In this document: one piece after another, positions 60,633-64,000 of the stretch
Layout: the number at the start of each line of letters is the position of its first letter
Numbering within the stretch: the stretch's first letter is position 1
Assembly: GCF_039982535.1 (NCBI RefSeq)
Contig: NZ_JBDWYG010000039.1
Location: forward strand, 164,743-228,742
Length of the DNA stretch: 64,000 bases
Source: Aliiglaciecola sp.
GTDB taxonomy: Bacteria > Pseudomonadota > Gammaproteobacteria > Enterobacterales > Alteromonadaceae
Direction of reading: 5' to 3'
Notes under the pieces: generated by a model
The model's database searches: none
Seen by the model: the letters and a program-made list of their open reading frames with translations, nothing else
Told to the model about the DNA's origin: nothing
Program-made: the position numbers and the translations under genes

Positions 60633-61931
60633 TCATGCCGATTTAAGCTCAACAAGCACACTCAAACCACCTAAGTCTGATTTACCTAGTGTGAGTTTGC
60701 CATCGTGCATAGCGACAATTTGCTCGACTATGGATAGACCCAATCCACTGCCTTCAATTTTACTCTTTTGATGACTTTGACCTCGATAAAAGCGCACTGT
60801 GGATTTATGTTGTTCGTGCTCTGGAATTCCTGGGCCAGAATCATCAACGCGAAGGCGTAAACATCCGTCATCAAGGGTTAAGTTTATGCGTATATCGCTG
60901 TTCTCTGGTGTGTATTTATTGGCATTGCTAATGAGGTTTTGTAGCAAGGTATATAGGGCAAATTCATTGCCTTTAAATTCACAGGACTCACCATTGAGTT
61001 CGATGTTTTGATTCTTTTTATCAATATTCACATAGCTATCGGAAATAACTTTTTGGGCTATTTTGTAGGGGTCACAAATATCAAAGTTAGCTGAGATAAT
61101 TTCAGGGTTAGTACGACTGAGTAGCAAAATTTGATTAACCACGTGGATCATTCTATCTGTGTCTTGTTGTAGCTGTTGAATCTCCTCGTATTCGCAGCCT
61201 TGGCTCTGCTGTAAATTATGCAAATTTATTTTCAGGACACTCAGGGGAGTTCTTAGTTCATGGGCGGCATGGCTGGCGAATTGTTTTTCCCGCTCGAAGG
61301 CCGAATCCAACCGGTTCAACAAGCTATTCAGAGTACTCACCGTGGGCAACAACTCCTCGGGGGTTCGTGACAAAGCAATAGCAGAAAAATCATTTTCTCG
61401 GCGCGTAGACAATTGACTGGTGAGTTCCCTAAGGGGAGCTAAACCGTAGGTAACTAGCAGGAATATGGCTAAGGCTAAAACGGGAATGGCGAGAAAAAAT
61501 GGTGTCATTGCCGATATCATCATTTCTTCGGTTAGCTCAAATCTGGTTTTTAGTGGTTGAGCGACAAAAACCCAAACAGAGGTTTGTTGATTGAAGCTGG
61601 CATAAACCCGCCACCGTTGAGCGTTAAAGTTCTGGTCAGAATACCCTACTTCGAAGGGAGCGATGGCAGTTAAAGGCACATTGCTGGTGCGTAAAACCAA
61701 ATCTTCATCAGACCAACTTTGAATGGCTAAATCTTCATTTGAAGCGGCAATAGTCTCGCTAATTTGCGTGGGTAAGTTAGTCATGCTTTGGGCGAGAGTT
61801 TTCAATTCAGCATCGAATAACACCGAAGACATCTGCATTCCTGAACGATACCCTTGTAGTGCCGCAATAAAACTAATCAGCGCAATAGCACTGATAAGCA
61901 GTAAGGTCAGGTATTTACGAATTGAATCCAT
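60633..61931 (-). CDS. QseC/PmrB-like sensor histidine kinase
   Basis: Two TMs, LFDAEL periplasmic motif, HAMP, FASHAAHELRTPL, NANKY, GSGLGLSI. Confidence 0.92.
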   Translation of the reverse strand: MDSIRKYLTLLLISAIALISFIAALQGYRSGMQMSSVLFDAELKTLAQSMTNLPTQISETIAASNEDLAIQSWSDEDLVLRTSNVPLTAIAPFEVGYSDQNFNAQRWRVYASFNQQTSVWVFVAQPLKTRFELTEEMMISAMTPFFLAIPVLALAIFLLVTYGLAPLRELTSQLSTRRENDFSAIALSRTPEELLPTVSTLNSLLNRLDSAFEREKQFASHAAHELRTPLSVLKINLHNLQQSQGCEYEEIQQLQQDTDRMIHVVNQILLLSRTNPEIISANFDICDPYKIAQKVISDSYVNIDKKNQNIELNGESCEFKGNEFALYTLLQNLISNANKYTPENSDIRINLTLDDGCLRLRVDDSGPGIPEHEQHKSTVRFYRGQSHQKSKIEGSGLGLSIVEQIVAMHDGKLTLGKSDLGGLSVLVELKSA

Positions 61932-62603
61932 TTATCCAGGGTAAGCTCGCTGATTAATGCTATAGCCTACACCACGAACCGTTTTAATAAACTCGTTAGG
62001 TAATTTTTTACGTAAATTATGAATATGAACTTCAATTGTATTGCTTGCCACTTCATCGCCCCATTCGTAAAGCTTAGATTCCAATTGTTGTTTAGATTGA
62101 ATGCGCCCAAGGTTTTCCATTAATGACTTCAGCAGGGTGAACTCACGACGAGAAGTTTCTACCGGCTGATCATTTATAATCAGTAAGTGATGAGTAATAT
62201 CGAGACTCACGGGACCGCAGGATACTAGGGATTGTTGCGAAGTACCTAAGCGTCTTTCCATTACCCGTAAGCGGGCTAGCAACTCTGACATTTCAAATGG
62301 TTTAGGTAAATAATCATCAGCGCCTTTATCTAAACCTTGTATTTTATCGGAGGTTGAGTCCCGTGCGGTTAATATTAATGTTGGTATGTTGTTTTTCTGC
62401 TTGCGGATTTTATCGAGTAAGGTTAATCCGTCCATATCGGGCAACCCAAGGTCAAGGATCATTAAATTACAGTCATCTGAGGCCAGTGCAGCTATGGCAT
62501 CTTTGCCGTTAAAAACACAATTAACCGCATAACCCTGCTTGCGCAATGATTTGCTTAAGGCTTCAGATAAAGCGAGATCGTCCTCGACTAATAAAATACG
62601 CAT
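61932..62603 (-). CDS. QseB/PmrA-like response regulator
   Basis: MRILLVEDD, LDLGLPDMDG, SNTIEVHIHNLRKKL, IKTVRGVGY; start at 62603. Confidence 0.93.
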   Translation of the reverse strand: MRILLVEDDLALSEALSKSLRKQGYAVNCVFNGKDAIAALASDDCNLMILDLGLPDMDGLTLLDKIRKQKNNIPTLILTARDSTSDKIQGLDKGADDYLPKPFEMSELLARLRVMERRLGTSQQSLVSCGPVSLDITHHLLIINDQPVETSRREFTLLKSLMENLGRIQSKQQLESKLYEWGDEVASNTIEVHIHNLRKKLPNEFIKTVRGVGYSINQRAYPG

Positions 62604-62693
62604 AATAGTGGGTTCTTTTTCGTTTGCAGCAATGGCGTAGCATATTGGCAATAGTTTAATTGAATGACAATTTGTATTGTGATCGTCCCTATC

Positions 62694-62726
62694 ATTATAA
62701 GAAGTTTACCTTAAAGTAATCTTAAC
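62694..62726 (-). promoter_or_regulatory. QseB/PmrA-type direct-repeat box and -10 for the two-component operon
   Basis: - strand GTTAAG-ATTAC-TTTAAG-GTAAACTTCT-TATAAT; same geometry as 58710-58742. Confidence 0.7.
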
Positions 62727-62762
62727 GCGGCTTCTTTAGCAAGGTTGTTTCTATGCGCCAAC

Positions 62763-62790
62763 AAAAATGGGCACCGAAGTGCCCATTTTT
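62763..62790. terminator. Intrinsic terminator after ompW
   Basis: AAAAATGGGCAC-CGAA-GTGCCCATTTTT. Confidence 0.88.
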
Positions 62791-62807
62791 ATAACGTTTT
62801 AGTCCGT

Positions 62808-63458
62808 TTAGAATTTATAACCAACAGTGAGTGAATAAACAAATGGGTCAATATCTACATCAACAGTTCCAGCTGAACCACCATTAGTAAATGTCGCTTC
62901 AGTGCTGATATCAATGTAACGTGCAGAAGCATTAACAAACCAATTGTCATCCAACATATAATCAAAACCAATTTGAGCAGATAAACCAACAGAGTCATCT
63001 AACTCCAAATCATCAAAGCCTGCTTCTTGATTGGCAGCAGTGAATTCTTCACTGAAGAAAATAGTGTAGTTAATACCTAAACCAACATAGGGTTGAAACG
63101 CACTATCGGCTTCTAAAAAGTGATAATTAGCTGAAATAGTTGGTGGTAAATGTTTTGTAGAACCTAAGGCACCAACGGTGTTTAAACCAATATCATGTTC
63201 AAAAGGGGTTGCTGCCAATACTTCAATTGCCCAATTAGGTGACAAGAAATACGCAAAGTTTAATCCCAATTGAGAGTTGTTATCGACATTTACACCAACA
63301 CCAACATCTGCACCGCCAATAAAAACATTACTGCTTGATTCGTCTGGGGCTACGGTAGTGACACCTGCACGTAGGATCATATCGCCAGTTGTATATGCTT
63401 GTGCTTGAGTGGCGCTAAGTGCGACTGCTACCGCTAGGTAAACTGCTAATTTTTTCAT
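62808..63458 (-). CDS. ompW: Outer membrane protein OmpW
   Basis: GDMILRAG, IEVLAATPFEH, KHLPPT, PYVGLGINYTIFF, IDPFVYSLTVGYKF; start at MKKLAV. Confidence 0.95.
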   Translation of the reverse strand: MKKLAVYLAVAVALSATQAQAYTTGDMILRAGVTTVAPDESSSNVFIGGADVGVGVNVDNNSQLGLNFAYFLSPNWAIEVLAATPFEHDIGLNTVGALGSTKHLPPTISANYHFLEADSAFQPYVGLGINYTIFFSEEFTAANQEAGFDDLELDDSVGLSAQIGFDYMLDDNWFVNASARYIDISTEATFTNGGSAGTVDVDIDPFVYSLTVGYKF

Positions 63459-63527
63459 GTGTTTCTCCATCGATATAATGTGTTTAAATTTGATGGAGAA
63501 AGCTTACCCAATTGAATTTTTCTGATA

Positions 63528-63573
63528 TTGATCTGGCTCAACCAAAAAGATTCAAAAGATTGATGTAAATCAA
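63528..63573. promoter_or_regulatory. Two FNR-type boxes upstream of ompW
   Basis: TTGAT-GTAA-ATCAA (63560-63573, perfect) and TTGAT-CTGG-CTCAA (63528-63541, centred about 41 bp upstream of the TSS implied by TAAGCT at 63501-63506). Confidence 0.75.
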
Positions 63574-63624
63574 AGTTTTATAATACACCCCTAAAAAGCA
63601 GTGAGCGCAAGCTAGTATCGGTGT

Positions 63625-64000
63625 TTAATTTTGGTATTCGCTGCTTTTTCTAATTTGCCAAACTATTCCTGCGCCAACCGCATAATTGTTGTTTTCCACC
63701 AACAAGGGGCTGTCGCTATTGGCCGCGTTATTTTGGAAGCGATAGGACGCGCTCATGAACATGCGTACAGTTGGAGTAACGTTAAACATGTAACCTGTAG
63801 ATAAGGTAAGGCCTAGATAGCCCGCTTTTGCATCGTATTCAGGCCTTTGCTGAGTGGCGAATTGGGTATCCACTTGATAAAAATAGTCATGTAATTTTTC
63901 TGTGGCCCAAACAGGTGAAACGCTAAACCGGAACCTATCTTCAGATTGAAACGCTCCAACGTATTGATAGGTTAATTCAGGATTCAATACATACCCACGA
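63625..64000 (-). CDS. MipA/OmpV family outer membrane protein, C-terminal part (5' end outside window)
   Basis: WATEKLHDYFYQV, YDAKAGYLG, NAANSDSPLL, GAGIVW. Confidence 0.78.
   Translation of the reverse strand, partial: RGYVLNPELTYQYVGAFQSEDRFRFSVSPVWATEKLHDYFYQVDTQFATQQRPEYDAKAGYLGLTLSTGYMFNVTPTVRMFMSASYRFQNNAANSDSPLLVENNNYAVGAGIVWQIRKSSEYQN

Overview
Chromosomal window from a marine gammaproteobacterium; gene order and content suggest Alteromonadaceae (inference). The housekeeping backbone is bioH (partial), tex, greB, fkpA, slyX, yheV/S/T/U, cysQ, nudE, yrfG, a complete gspC-N type II secretion cluster, hslR/hslO, envZ/ompR, prkB, purD/purH, fis/dusB/prmA, a cold-shock gene, ompW and a partial mipA. 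I saw no tRNA, rRNA, transposase or CRISPR array. Four things stand out. (1) A nine-gene envelope redox/metal locus (55.8-62.7 kb): QseB/C-like two-component system, FtrB-like cupredoxin, FTR1-like permease lacking RExxE motifs, predicted barrel, TlpA, DUF4266, DUF3570 with a flavinylation motif, and a signal-peptide-less ApbE. Its two promoters carry the same TTAAG-N6-TTAAG box at identical spacing from the -10. (2) A D-glutamate/peptide scavenging locus (28.2-38.8 kb): TonB receptor, lipoprotein D-aminoacylase, M14 peptidase, LysR, dgcN, dgcA, with matching LysR boxes at both promoters. (3) An orphan PspB/C-like gene with a full sigma54/IHF/UAS promoter, lying between purH and purD. (4) Two GTAG-type REP/BIME arrays that share REP modules. 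All family assignments come from motif recognition, not database searches.
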